64,000 bases of DNA from a virus. Taxonomy: Duplodnaviria > Caudoviricetes. Below, piece after piece: positions 1 through 11,703 of the stretch. Position 1 is the first letter of the stretch. Each line of letters begins with the position of its first letter. Under the pieces are notes generated by a model that ran no database searches, was not told the origin of the DNA, and saw nothing but the letters and a program-made list of their open reading frames with translations. The stretch is from IMG/VR virus record IMGVR_UViG_3300025838_000023, positions 42,783 to 106,782 of that record. One strand, given 5' to 3'. A program made the position numbers and the translations under genes.

Positions 1-179
1 TATTTGAATCATTTCCAATGCTTTCATTTTATCTTCGTCCGTTGGTTGAGATTCTGATAACATGAAAACTCCTTGTGGAATTTCTTCACCATTAATATAC
101 GCATCCCGACATAAAAACCACATATTAGCCGCGAATTCAATTTGTTCCTGTGTTTTGTTTTTTAAATAGTTTTTATTAT

Positions 180-530
180 TCATACTGATTTTCCGACAAC
201 CACATAACCATTTTCCCAACAAACAGTCCAAGGTTTTACTTTATTTTCGTTTTCTATATCCTTTAACATTTCAATCATCTTCAATGCTGATTCTAAACTA
301 TCAAACGATTTTCCGCCATCAAAATCTCTCGAAAAATCTATTTGTTTTTTGTTTCCATTATATACAACAACTCCACTATAAGTTTCCCACAAATCATAGG
401 AATACTTATATAAAAATCCCATAGGAACTTTCTTTTGTAACTGTTGTATTTTATAATAATTTTCGTTGGTTATAATACGAAAATCTCCTACTTTAGATTT
501 CGGAACTTTATCAGAATGTATTTCAGGCAT
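180..530 (-). CDS. hypothetical phage protein
   Basis: ORF track 180..566; ATG at 530 (MPEIH) preferred because the upstream part runs into the IS end and a hairpin. Confidence 0.6.
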   Translation of the reverse strand: MPEIHSDKVPKSKVGDFRIITNENYYKIQQLQKKVPMGFLYKYSYDLWETYSGVVVYNGNKKQIDFSRDFDGGKSFDSLESALKMIEMLKDIENENKVKPWTVCWENGYVVVGKSV

Positions 531-573
531 ATGTTTTATGTGGAGGTATATGAGATATACAAACAATAGAAGT

Positions 574-1947
574 TTAGTAAAAAGTATAACAATTTACAGA
601 ACTTTTATATGATTTGAACTTAAAACCCTTATATGGATCACATTCATCTAAGGAAACTCTATATCTCTCTTTAGAGTTTTTTATATTAGAACATGTAGAT
701 ATCCATTTATATTCATTAGTCAGTGAATTCTCCGTTTCCTTCCAATGGTGTAAGAATTTTGACTTAATATTAAATAAAGGAAAATACATATCTTTATTTC
801 TACCAATTTTATACTGAAATCCTCTTCTAGCTATTTCAATTGCTGCATTTACACAATCATAACTATTATATTGTAAGTTACCTATATAAGAACTATAAGC
901 AGCAGTTACTTCATATATTTTAACTCCTAAACATGGAATGTTATTTTTTAATTGATTTATTATAAGATTTCTATCCCATTTATTGTTACATAATCTATTA
1001 TAATTCTTTCCTTTCTTTTTATCATTCGATTCCATTTTAAGTTCTTCTAATATACAATATTGAACTTTAAAATGTTTACATAAAGATATAATAGATTTTG
1101 ATATTTCTAGAGTTTCATGTTTTAGTTTATTATTCTTATAAATTGATTTAGGATGTGATGATTTGAATCCAGAAGAATCCGTCAGGCCGTTTAATTTATA
1201 CATTTGTTTATGTATTACTTTAAACTCATCATTTTTGAAATCTATAATAGCCAATCCAACATAATTCGGGTTTAAATCGATACCTAATATTCTTCCTTGT
1301 TTGAGTTTAGGATTTAGAATTGAATAAGATACGGTTTCTGGTTCGTGGGTTTCAATAACTTTTAATAATTCAGGTTTATCATATGTTAGATAAATATATT
1401 CAGCATCTAGTTTAATTCCATATGAAAATAACTTCTTAGAAGAATATTTTTGTATATTTTCTAAAGTTTTCTTTATATTCTTTTTTGGAGTTAATATTTC
1501 CAGATTAAATTTCTTCTTATTTAGTTTGAACAAAAATGAAAGTGATTCTAGGTATATTTCTATATGTCGATTTCCATTAGTTGCTATATCTCCTTGGAAT
1601 TGAATTGAACGTAATTTTTTATTTGAGTATTCTTCTTTTGATATTATATTTTTAGCTCTTTTAATAAAATTTGATTTGCCACCAAAGATACATAATTTAT
1701 TCTTTTCTAATTCAATATCTGATGAATACATTCCTTTAGCTTCTATTATTGCAGTATCTAATATTCTTGAGTTCAAATTTGATATATTATTTAAATAATT
1801 CACAAGAGGTTTGATTTCTTTAGTATCTAAATTATCATAAAATCTATTATAAGCAAATCGAATTACATTAGTATATTCATTTCTAATGAGTTTTAGGTAA
1901 TCATAGAACTCTTTTGATGCTGTATATTTAAATTTTAGAGTTATCAT
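574..1947 (-). CDS. tnpB: TnpB RNA-guided endonuclease
   Basis: RuvC motifs LGIDLNP, ILEEL, AAYSS, YDCVNAAIEI; directly downstream of tnpA. Confidence 0.88.
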   Translation of the reverse strand: MITLKFKYTASKEFYDYLKLIRNEYTNVIRFAYNRFYDNLDTKEIKPLVNYLNNISNLNSRILDTAIIEAKGMYSSDIELEKNKLCIFGGKSNFIKRAKNIISKEEYSNKKLRSIQFQGDIATNGNRHIEIYLESLSFLFKLNKKKFNLEILTPKKNIKKTLENIQKYSSKKLFSYGIKLDAEYIYLTYDKPELLKVIETHEPETVSYSILNPKLKQGRILGIDLNPNYVGLAIIDFKNDEFKVIHKQMYKLNGLTDSSGFKSSHPKSIYKNNKLKHETLEISKSIISLCKHFKVQYCILEELKMESNDKKKGKNYNRLCNNKWDRNLIINQLKNNIPCLGVKIYEVTAAYSSYIGNLQYNSYDCVNAAIEIARRGFQYKIGRNKDMYFPLFNIKSKFLHHWKETENSLTNEYKWISTCSNIKNSKERYRVSLDECDPYKGFKFKSYKSSVNCYTFY

Positions 1948-2539
1948 TAGATATTTCTTTTTTTAGTTTATTTAATGTTCTTCTGTGAGAATACATTTTA
2001 TCAGAGAAGCAATCTATAATAGATATCAAGTCTTCTGTTAGTTCTTGTTCGTATGTTTTATTTTGTATAGTATCGTTTATTACTAATATTTTTGTTCCAA
2101 AGTATTTAAAAATTGATTCAAGGAGTTCGAATCCAAATCTGACTAATCTATCTTTATTTTCTATTATGATTAGTTCTACATTTCCTTTTATGGTTTCTTG
2201 TATTAGGTTATTGAATCCATTTCTTTCGAAGTTCATTCCACTTTTGATATCTTCGAGTTGAGAATCTAGATGTATATTATTTAAAATACACCAATTATAA
2301 ATTCTATTTGATTGTTCTTTTAGTTGGGATTTTCTATCATTGGAAGAGACTCTAGCGTATGATATATTGATCTTATTTTTCTTTTCTTTTTTTATCCCTA
2401 TTAGTTTGTATACTGAGTTATCATCGTAGATGTAATGTTTATCATTGATTTTTGTGTATTTTATGTTACCATTTTTTACGTAATTATATAGAGTTTGTCT
2501 AGTTACGTTTAACAGTTTCATTACTTCTTTTGATTTCAT
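1928..2539 (-). CDS. tnpA: IS607 TnpA serine recombinase with N-terminal HTH
   Basis: MerR-like HTH (VTRQTLYNY), YARVSS, DIKSG, DRLVRFGF, QELTEDL. Confidence 0.95.
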   Translation of the reverse strand: MKSKEVMKLLNVTRQTLYNYVKNGNIKYTKINDKHYIYDDNSVYKLIGIKKEKKNKINISYARVSSNDRKSQLKEQSNRIYNWCILNNIHLDSQLEDIKSGMNFERNGFNNLIQETIKGNVELIIIENKDRLVRFGFELLESIFKYFGTKILVINDTIQNKTYEQELTEDLISIIDCFSDKMYSHRRTLNKLKKEISNDNSKI

Positions 2540-2649
2540 TCTAATTATATTTAACCATTTTTGTATAAAAAACTTGATTTGTTTTTATTTTATTTTATAA
2601 ATTTATGGAAAATATGTTGACATTTCTATCATATGCCTCCATAATCTAA

Positions 2650-4068
2650 TTAGAGTTCTGCGTTTTTCCGAACTTCATCAAAAGTGTATGTTTTCAACAT
2701 CATACCATTTTCAAAAACAGTAACCAATTGACTTTCTCTATCTCCTAAATCCTTTTCTGGAATAGTTTGGTATTTTCCGTTTTCATCTTTAATAAGTTCC
2801 AATCTTCCCTTTTTCGACATCTTACCTTTATCATCAACAGGGTCTTTATATACTTCCACCCATTCATCTCCAAGCTTTGCAGCAGAACACTTAAATGCAA
2901 ACTTTTGATCATCTCTCGAATGTCCCTGCAATAATTGGCCCCCCATTCCGAAGATAATACAATCAGTCGAATATCCATTATTAGTTACACAGTCAAGAAT
3001 ATATTTGATAGTTTCATGGCATAATCCATCACCATAGATCACTCCTATCTTTGGATTTAACACTTTATACCCTTTACTATTTATGGTATGTCCAAAGTAT
3101 TTATCCAATTCTCGAATAACACGAATGGAGGTTTCAACAGGATCACCACTATCAGGACGAACTACAAACTTTGCAAATCCTGTTTTTTGTCCACGATTAA
3201 GAATAGGCAATTTTAATTCTGTACCAAAAAATTCAATAGCCTTCCAAATATTATAACTATCAGATACAACACTTAATATTCCTTCTGGATATTCCTCAAC
3301 AAATCTACGATATGCATCAAATTCGTGCTCTCTACCATAGATGCAAGTCGTTGAATGTTCTGTAGCCGCTACCGAATGTCCAACTCCCTTATCTGCACCA
3401 TAATATCTTCGTGCATATACAATACCTTGAAGTGTATCAGTTCCTTTGAAATTTACTAGATGTGCGCTACCACCAATTCCAGCACTTTCCACACTAGAAA
3501 CCCCACGGAATCCAAAACAATTCAAATGAAAAGGAGAAACACCAGTATCACTACTAAACTTTGCGTATTGCCCTATGGTTTTTTTAATTTGATAACTTGT
3601 CGAACAAACCGAAATCGGGTACCATATTTCGTGTAAGACCGTTTCAGACCAATTGGTAAGCCATGCCAATTCTTCATCAGTAGATTCTACAATCACTAAA
3701 ACATTCCGAGTTCCAACTACTGATCCTTCTCTTACTGCACGAATTTTTATAGGCAATTTACCACCATGAACTTCAAGAATTCTTTCCCAACCTTTACGAT
3801 TGAAATATTCATGAGTAAAAAATACATCACCCAAAATATCATCAGCATCATCAAGCATCCAAGGCTCGACAACAACACCAGAGAAATATTTCTCTAATAC
3901 CATTTGTAGTCCGAAAAATACCGTTTCGTCATATTTTCCTCCCCTACTTTCCAAATAACTATAAATTACTTTAGTGTTTTTTGGATATTGCAACCAATGT
4001 GTTTCCTTATAAGCATCTGCCAAAAGGATCGTGTTTTCTGTTCGTCTTGTCATATTATCTTTTATCAT
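2650..4068 (-). CDS. nadV: nicotinamide phosphoribosyltransferase (NAMPT)
   Basis: DAYKETHWLQYP, FGFRG, ATEHS, VSDSY, RPDSGDP, FGMGG. Confidence 0.95.
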   Translation of the reverse strand: MIKDNMTRRTENTILLADAYKETHWLQYPKNTKVIYSYLESRGGKYDETVFFGLQMVLEKYFSGVVVEPWMLDDADDILGDVFFTHEYFNRKGWERILEVHGGKLPIKIRAVREGSVVGTRNVLVIVESTDEELAWLTNWSETVLHEIWYPISVCSTSYQIKKTIGQYAKFSSDTGVSPFHLNCFGFRGVSSVESAGIGGSAHLVNFKGTDTLQGIVYARRYYGADKGVGHSVAATEHSTTCIYGREHEFDAYRRFVEEYPEGILSVVSDSYNIWKAIEFFGTELKLPILNRGQKTGFAKFVVRPDSGDPVETSIRVIRELDKYFGHTINSKGYKVLNPKIGVIYGDGLCHETIKYILDCVTNNGYSTDCIIFGMGGQLLQGHSRDDQKFAFKCSAAKLGDEWVEVYKDPVDDKGKMSKKGRLELIKDENGKYQTIPEKDLGDRESQLVTVFENGMMLKTYTFDEVRKNAEL

Positions 4069-4096
4069 ATGTTTTATTTTTGTTTTGTGTTTTAGC

Positions 4097-4115
4097 GACC
4101 TATCTTTATCAGGTC
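4097..4115 (-). promoter_or_regulatory. leader stem-loop GACCU-GAUAAAGAU-AGGUC upstream of nadV
   Basis: 5-bp stem; same motif recurs upstream of the NMNAT-NUDIX gene. Confidence 0.55.
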
Positions 4116-4168
4116 AAAATCTTAATTTTTAATATTATATCAAATTTCTAACTGTTTGTAAGTTTTAT

Positions 4169-5080
4169 TTAGATGATTCCCTTTTCCATCATCATTTCAA
4201 TAAGAGGGTGATGAACATTTTCAATAATGTTCTTATAATCCTTTTTTATATCAGCAGTTTTAATCCATTTCACAAAAGCTACATCATCCCCACCTTCAGG
4301 TCTTCCATAGATGTATTTTGTTTGAAATAATGCAGTTTTTACTTTATCCATTTCATTTCGATATCTAAAGTCATTGGTAAGCAAACTACCCACATATTGA
4401 ATATCACCAACTTCAACATTAGCTTCTTCCATTGCTTCTTTCGCAACATCAAATTCCAAGCTAGTAGAAGTTGGCTCCGAAAAACCGCCTACGAACCTCC
4501 AGTTTCTTTCTTGGGGTTTCTGTGCCATAAGCATTTCTGTTTTATCCTCGTTAAAGATAATAACATCTACAGCTTGATATGCAGTAGGATACCGACTTCC
4601 AGTTGCAGCAATCAATCCTGCTCTATAATCTTTTGTGGGAGGATAGTTATTAATTACTTGTCTACGAACTTCAGAACCAGAAACAAACAATTCAGGTTCC
4701 AATTCGCAAGTGGTATAACTTCCTTTGTAATATGGCAAAAATGAATCACGACTACCATACAAAGTTACTGTTTGCATTGGCTGCGTCCATTTCTTAATTT
4801 GAGAATCGAGATTTTTACTCCACAATTCATCACTTGGAACATCCTCAATATAGTATATATCAAGTGAAGGAAATGTTTCGAGAATCATTGCTTTCCTCGA
4901 ACGAAAATCCAAAGGGTTGTTATAAGTATTACGCAATGGACTCAATCCTAGAAATAGGATAATCTTTTCATGCCTATCTAGAACTGTTTGTATCAAATCT
5001 CTATGGGCTAAATGTAATTCATGCACCATAAATCTACCAACAATTACACCAACATCAGTTTTATTAATTTTTTCTTTCAT
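4169..5080 (-). CDS. nadM: bifunctional NMN adenylyltransferase / NUDIX hydrolase
   Basis: IVGRF..H..H nucleotidyltransferase motif, VSGSEVR, NUDIX box (GGF...KEAMEEA), GGDD. Confidence 0.9.
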   Translation of the reverse strand: MKEKINKTDVGVIVGRFMVHELHLAHRDLIQTVLDRHEKIILFLGLSPLRNTYNNPLDFRSRKAMILETFPSLDIYYIEDVPSDELWSKNLDSQIKKWTQPMQTVTLYGSRDSFLPYYKGSYTTCELEPELFVSGSEVRRQVINNYPPTKDYRAGLIAATGSRYPTAYQAVDVIIFNEDKTEMLMAQKPQERNWRFVGGFSEPTSTSLEFDVAKEAMEEANVEVGDIQYVGSLLTNDFRYRNEMDKVKTALFQTKYIYGRPEGGDDVAFVKWIKTADIKKDYKNIIENVHHPLIEMMMEKGII

Positions 5081-5086
5081 AATTTT

Positions 5087-5141
5087 ACCTTATCTTTATC
5101 AGGTTTGTTATATTTTTTGCAACAACTTCCATCTATATCGG
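5087..5141 (-). promoter_or_regulatory. two copies of the GAUA(A/U)AGAU stem-loop in the nadM leader
   Basis: ACCU-GAUAAAGAUA-AGGU (5087-5104) next to the start codon; CC-GAUAUAGAU-GG (5129-5141). Confidence 0.5.
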
Positions 5142-5185
5142 TTATTGTTACGTTTTTATTTATCCTGTTTTTATCAACTTTCAAC

Positions 5186-5214
5186 ATCTTATCAGAAAAA
5201 AATTTTTAAGTCAA
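5186..5214 (-). promoter_or_regulatory. sigma70-type promoter of the NAD operon
   Basis: TTGACT-17 nt-TAAGAT with extended -10 TG. Confidence 0.6.
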
Positions 5215-5252
5215 CAAAAATATATTCCACTGAAAGTTTGCAAAAAGACAAA

Positions 5253-6056
5253 CTATTTTTTATAATTTTTGAACTTTTGCAAAATTGGGAATCCTAAGTT
5301 CAAACCACCAAACATAAGCAAGGCGATAGTAACGTTTGGTTCAGGAGTTTGTGCAATATAAGATTCTTGAGTTCCATTAATCGTTTCAAAAATAACACCA
5401 GGCAACGTTCCATCAGTATTAACATTGTATGCCTCTACTCTAGAAGTGAAATTATCCGCTTCAAATCCAGTAGCAAGTGAATTTTTTATAACAATAGATT
5501 TCCATGATGTATCCGTAGTTCCGAAAAAATTAATAAAGGCAAATGGTTCTCCCGCATCTTTTCCTTCATTATATCCAGAATTCGGATTACCATAATAACT
5601 TTTTGGAAGGGTTTTAAGTAGGTTTGTTGTTGTGAATTGTGCTACCAAATTTCCTGTTCCATTCGCTCCACTATAGAAATCTAAAACATTTTCTTTATCT
5701 CCTGCTGACCACCAAAATCCAAAATACGAACTTGGGGTATTCAAAGTTAAAGTAGATTTTGTATTCACATCAACACCAACTACCATGTAATTTGTATTAT
5801 TTGCTCCACCATAAGGTCCAGCACTAACAATATTCAGATTATCAAAGGTTCCTACTCCTGCCCATGTTAAAGCTGTATCGTTTGTTGAAGTATGATAACC
5901 AGTAGCAATATTATCAAAAGTTAAAACAGACGAATTGACAATACTGGATGTTTCTGATCCAGCCTTTTCTGCATAAGTGACAATAACAGTAGCTTTTGCT
6001 GAAATTGTCAATATCGCAAATAATCCTATAATCAAAGTAATAATTCTATTTCTCAT
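5253..6056 (-). CDS. PEP-CTERM exosortase-sorted surface protein
   Basis: signal peptide; YFGFWWSAGD core; C-terminal TPEP, hydrophobic segment and basic tail. Confidence 0.8.
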   Translation of the reverse strand: MRNRIITLIIGLFAILTISAKATVIVTYAEKAGSETSSIVNSSVLTFDNIATGYHTSTNDTALTWAGVGTFDNLNIVSAGPYGGANNTNYMVVGVDVNTKSTLTLNTPSSYFGFWWSAGDKENVLDFYSGANGTGNLVAQFTTTNLLKTLPKSYYGNPNSGYNEGKDAGEPFAFINFFGTTDTSWKSIVIKNSLATGFEADNFTSRVEAYNVNTDGTLPGVIFETINGTQESYIAQTPEPNVTIALLMFGGLNLGFPILQKFKNYKK

Positions 6057-6100
6057 ATGTAATATTTATCATATTATCACACTTTTAAAATACGTCAATA

Positions 6101-6136
6101 AAAAACTCCATTATGCTAAAAACATAATGGAGTTTT
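6101..6136. terminator. intrinsic terminator after groEL
   Basis: AAAACTCCATTATG / CATAATGGAGTTTT inverted repeat with T-runs. Confidence 0.75.
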
Positions 6137-6155
6137 ATCTATATATCAGTTGCTA

Positions 6156-7784
<1,629 letters not shown>

Positions 7785-7835
7785 ATTTGTATTTGTTTAT
7801 ATTTTAACGTATATTACTTTAAAATCAAATTATTT

Positions 7836-8480
7836 TTAAATATTATTGTTGAAGAAAAATAAAATTTCATCATCTTTATGTTTAGTATCAGTATATGTGT
7901 CGTTTATTTTTCCGAATAAATGTTTAAATGCGTTCTTAAAAAGTTCTATCTTTTTCGTTTCGCCTTTTCTAACCACAAAAAACACAACATCTGGTGAAAT
8001 ATTTCCATTATTATACATACTATCAACAATGGCTCTCCTTACTCCACTTATAACAGAAAATGCATAATTTCCAACATTATTTGTAGTATGCACATTTTCA
8101 TATTCATCTATAAAATTAATATTCATTATAGGATATTTTGTATTATCTATTGCACTTTTTAACTCTAGTATTTTCGATTTATCATTTAAATTTGAAACCA
8201 AAGCACTTAATACCCATCCTTCAACCATATCCTTTGATTTGTAATTTATAAATACTCTATAGTTTAATCCATTTGTAGTTGTTACTTTATATTCATCTGA
8301 TTTTTTTGAAGATGATATTTTTTCAAAAGATTCATATAATGGAGAATAATTTTGTTCACAGAAGAAATAATACTTCCAAAATTCACTCCAATTAAAATTT
8401 TCTACATTCTCACATAGAAGATAGTCCGTTGATTTTGCTTTAGATTGCTCGTATATTATTTCCAATTCTTTATATTTCAT
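7836..8480 (-). CDS. hypothetical protein, paralog of 17863..18546
   Basis: shared F.W..F.K, ESF..I.S, Y.V...NG and F.DE blocks. Confidence 0.7.
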   Translation of the reverse strand: MKYKELEIIYEQSKAKSTDYLLCENVENFNWSEFWKYYFFCEQNYSPLYESFEKISSSKKSDEYKVTTTNGLNYRVFINYKSKDMVEGWVLSALVSNLNDKSKILELKSAIDNTKYPIMNINFIDEYENVHTTNNVGNYAFSVISGVRRAIVDSMYNNGNISPDVVFFVVRKGETKKIELFKNAFKHLFGKINDTYTDTKHKDDEILFFFNNNI

Positions 8481-8488
8481 AACTCTTC

Positions 8489-9196
8489 TTATAATAATCG
8501 CAAATTCTTCGGTGGAATATTTTTAGTTGTGAATACGCCAAAAATCCCCCGTTCCAGTAATATCGTAGTATCATCAAGATAATAAGTATCATCAGGAACA
8601 TAATCAGTAACTAAAACATTCATATGTTTTGGATCAATTTCTTTATCTCTTGCTAAAACATTGCGCATAGAAGATAAAATTACTGAAGTTTGTATTTGTG
8701 TTTTCTTAGGAATCCATATCAAATAAATTCTGTTATCAGGATGATCAAATATTGTCTGCGAACTTTTTGGCGTTAATCCTATTTTAGAAATCTTATCAAT
8801 GAATTTATCTCTGGTAATATGATATAATTTCATATCTCCTATATTTTCTATAATCGAATTCATTTTAACTGGATATTTAGGCTCCAATTGCAATTGCTTT
8901 TCGCTTATATATGCTAATGAATTGGTATATCCATATAATGACAATATACAATCTAGTTTTTTCGTTTCTTCTGACGATAAAGGAGAGATAAGTTCAATAT
9001 TTACCGTGAATATTTTGCCATATTTTGTGCTGGTTAGTTCATTGGGTAGAATAGGATAATCAATATTTAATATTTTAGTTTTTAATATCCTTTTTACATT
9101 GTCTACTAATTTAGAAGTATCCCAAGAAGCAATTAAACCTTCAGATATGAACTTTGTATTTAACTCTTCTTTTAGATATGTTTTAAACGTTTTCAT
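8489..9196 (-). CDS. ADP-ribosyltransferase / Tpt1-like fold protein with putative capsid-targeting N-terminus
   Basis: LYHIT...I.K.GL.P...RIYL...IPP pattern; starts MKTFKTYLKEE; paralog of 21817..22557. Confidence 0.6.
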   Translation of the reverse strand: MKTFKTYLKEELNTKFISEGLIASWDTSKLVDNVKRILKTKILNIDYPILPNELTSTKYGKIFTVNIELISPLSSEETKKLDCILSLYGYTNSLAYISEKQLQLEPKYPVKMNSIIENIGDMKLYHITRDKFIDKISKIGLTPKSSQTIFDHPDNRIYLIWIPKKTQIQTSVILSSMRNVLARDKEIDPKHMNVLVTDYVPDDTYYLDDTTILLERGIFGVFTTKNIPPKNLRLL

Positions 9197-9227
9197 TATC
9201 TATATTATATCCTTAAATTACAAAACA

Positions 9228-9614
9228 TCAAGAAATTTCCGCAAGCCATTCAAATTTGTCCTCTTTCACTGAGGGATGATTTGGGGATATTTTGCGAATT
9301 ATTTCTTTAACTTTCTCGATAATAACATCACCATGACATTTTTTAGGATAGCACCAACAAAGCAATCGAATTCTCTCACCATTCACCACTCGTAATGCAA
9401 GTTCTTCAGTGGCTTGTAATCGCTCCACGTTGTCACTGTAGGCGTTTTTATATGCTTCTATTACTCTGATGCGTTCTGCCTTAGTTTTATCAGTGGTGCG
9501 GAAAGGATTACCAAAAATAGGATTAGTTCTATCAATATAAATTACAGTTTCTCCTATTTCAGGCTTTGATAAACTATTTTCTCTTTGATTTCCTAATTTG
9601 ATATAACCTTCCAT
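9228..9614 (-). CDS. DUF4326-like protein
   Basis: YIDR...FGNPF...L.CWCYPKKCHGDVI. Confidence 0.8.
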   Translation of the reverse strand: MEGYIKLGNQRENSLSKPEIGETVIYIDRTNPIFGNPFRTTDKTKAERIRVIEAYKNAYSDNVERLQATEELALRVVNGERIRLLCWCYPKKCHGDVIIEKVKEIIRKISPNHPSVKEDKFEWLAEIS

Positions 9615-9617
9615 ATT

Positions 9618-10118
9618 TCATGAAGATAATGAATTCAACAAAGAATGTATCTTATAATTTTCTGCTGGTTCCAATCCCATAGAATCTCTTAGTTCTTGTT
9701 CACTTTCCGCTCTACATAAACGATACTTCAATGGAATGTTCTTCATGAAATTGGGAGTTATTAAAATGTTACTAATAATTCTTATTTTTTGAAAGTCAGG
9801 CAAATAAACAAAATCTCCATCAGCGTCAATTAAGATATATGCAGCTTCTTTCTCGCTATATTCGCAAACATAAACATATCCTGCGGCTGCTCTATATAGA
9901 ATATCTCCTTCATATATTTCTTTTCCGTTTATATCTTTAACTCCTGTATATTGTTGTATTATTGCATCATCAGAATTAAAACAATGATATAACAATTCTT
10001 TATTACCATTGGAATTTAATGTATAACTAAAATCCCTATAAAATAAATTTAAAGAATCAAAAAACAAAAAAGATTGCCATTCTGGATGCCACGCTCTAAA
10101 TTTAAAATCTCTTTTCAT
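9618..10118 (-). CDS. YopX family protein
   Basis: KFRAW...QYTGVKDINGKEIYEGDI. Confidence 0.85.
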   Translation of the reverse strand: MKRDFKFRAWHPEWQSFLFFDSLNLFYRDFSYTLNSNGNKELLYHCFNSDDAIIQQYTGVKDINGKEIYEGDILYRAAAGYVYVCEYSEKEAAYILIDADGDFVYLPDFQKIRIISNILITPNFMKNIPLKYRLCRAESEQELRDSMGLEPAENYKIHSLLNSLSS

Positions 10119-11037
10119 ATTATTCTTTAAAAATTACAAATACTGTTATATAGATACCTAGAACCATTCCTATAATTGCTGTTAAAATTGCTGCTGATCC
10201 TTCGATATAATGTCCTCCTAACAATCCTCCACCAGCACACAAAAAGAATGTTAATAAAAATCCTAAAATTAATTTAAATATAGATTTCATATTAATATTC
10301 CGTTACTTCGCATTTATCTTGATCAAATGTTGCATAGAATTTTTGACCTTTTTTATTTGTAACATATCCAGCATAGAATGGATTGTCGGTATAAAAACCA
10401 TCATCTTGTGATTTCACTGTGAATTCATAACCTTTTGGAAGATTAAAAAAGGTATCTTTTTCTTTTAATTTAACTCTCATATTAATATCCAAATCTTGTT
10501 AATACTTCTTCTGCGGTGATTTGATGTATCCGTATCGCTTTTGTCAATTCTGATATAGCATCCATTGCATCACATAATTCAATTTTAGCTTCTTTCTCTG
10601 TTAATTCTGAAACTTCTTTTATTCCATTATTACTATAACGATTAATATCATCAACTTGATAATTTGCAATACGTTTTTCATATTGAGACTTCGAAACTTC
10701 TGAAATTGGTTTGTTTAATTTTTTTGTTATCATATTTCTATATTATACCATATAATAAAAATTGTCAATAAAATTATTCTTTCCACCAAGAATCATCATT
10801 ATCTTCTTGATGTTTTTCGATTTCTTTATCAAGTTCTTCAAATTTTTCGTCGATTAGTATAGTTTCACCCTCTAATGCAGCTAATCTTATCAACAGATTA
10901 TCTAACTTTTTCTGATTTATTTTCTTTGCACTATTAATTTCTTTTATAAATTCTTTTACTGTAAATAATGCTTCATCTAAATCCGCTGATAATGATTTAA
11001 TTTTGTTTTCCATGTTTTGTAATAATTCTAAAAAAAA

Positions 11038-11703
11038 TTAATAATAAAATTTAATTCGTTTATCGAAATTTGCAATATTTTCTGTAGTTTCCCAATAAGA
11101 TTCTGCGTTATTTAGTTTATAAGGAATTTCTTTACCATTTGCAATAATATTAACTACTTTTCCTTGTTGTATGAAATATTTTGCTAAATTCTGATAAAAC
11201 TTTTTACCTTTTTTATTAGCTACTGCATCTGATTCTATACCCAAGAAATGTTTAGAGTAATAATCCATAATTAATCCTCGAACCAAACCTAAAACAGAAT
11301 CAATTTGCCACAACCCACCAATTTCCATTATATTACCTTTTGGGTTATATTTTATAAATGCTGAAATAATCTCCCAAGGCGATTCTCCACTAATAAAGAA
11401 ATCCCAAATATATCCTTCAGAAATTATTCTATATAAATCATAACTTTTATCATTAATAGTTAAATTCTCAACGTATTCGCTATCTCTTATCCTTTCTACT
11501 GCCCAACTATGATTTAATTCTTTATTATTTAAAAAATCAAAATATTCGGATTCGTAATATAGAGGAGATTCAAATACAGGAATTCTATTAATAGGAACAT
11601 TTTTGTCTTTTTCTGCTTCTTCATTTAATTGATTTATCGTAAAATCAAAATAATCATTAACACTTTTTCCTTTAAATTTGCTTGTGTATATATTTAACTT
11701 CAT
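11038..11703 (-). CDS. member of the ESP / GNAT-like paralog family
   Basis: FESP, LWQ...GL, SD......G..F, SYW...RIK shared with 15818, 47554, 48120, 48686. Confidence 0.6.
   Translation of the reverse strand: MKLNIYTSKFKGKSVNDYFDFTINQLNEEAEKDKNVPINRIPVFESPLYYESEYFDFLNNKELNHSWAVERIRDSEYVENLTINDKSYDLYRIISEGYIWDFFISGESPWEIISAFIKYNPKGNIMEIGGLWQIDSVLGLVRGLIMDYYSKHFLGIESDAVANKKGKKFYQNLAKYFIQQGKVVNIIANGKEIPYKLNNAESYWETTENIANFDKRIKFYY

Larger units (their letters stand above)
566..2629 (-). mobile_element. IS607-family element (tnpA serine recombinase + tnpB)
   Basis: overlapping tnpA/tnpB; flanks GGAGGTATATGA (542-553) and TCATATGCCTCC (2629-2640) would form one hairpin if the element were removed; ends approximate. 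Confidence 0.8.
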
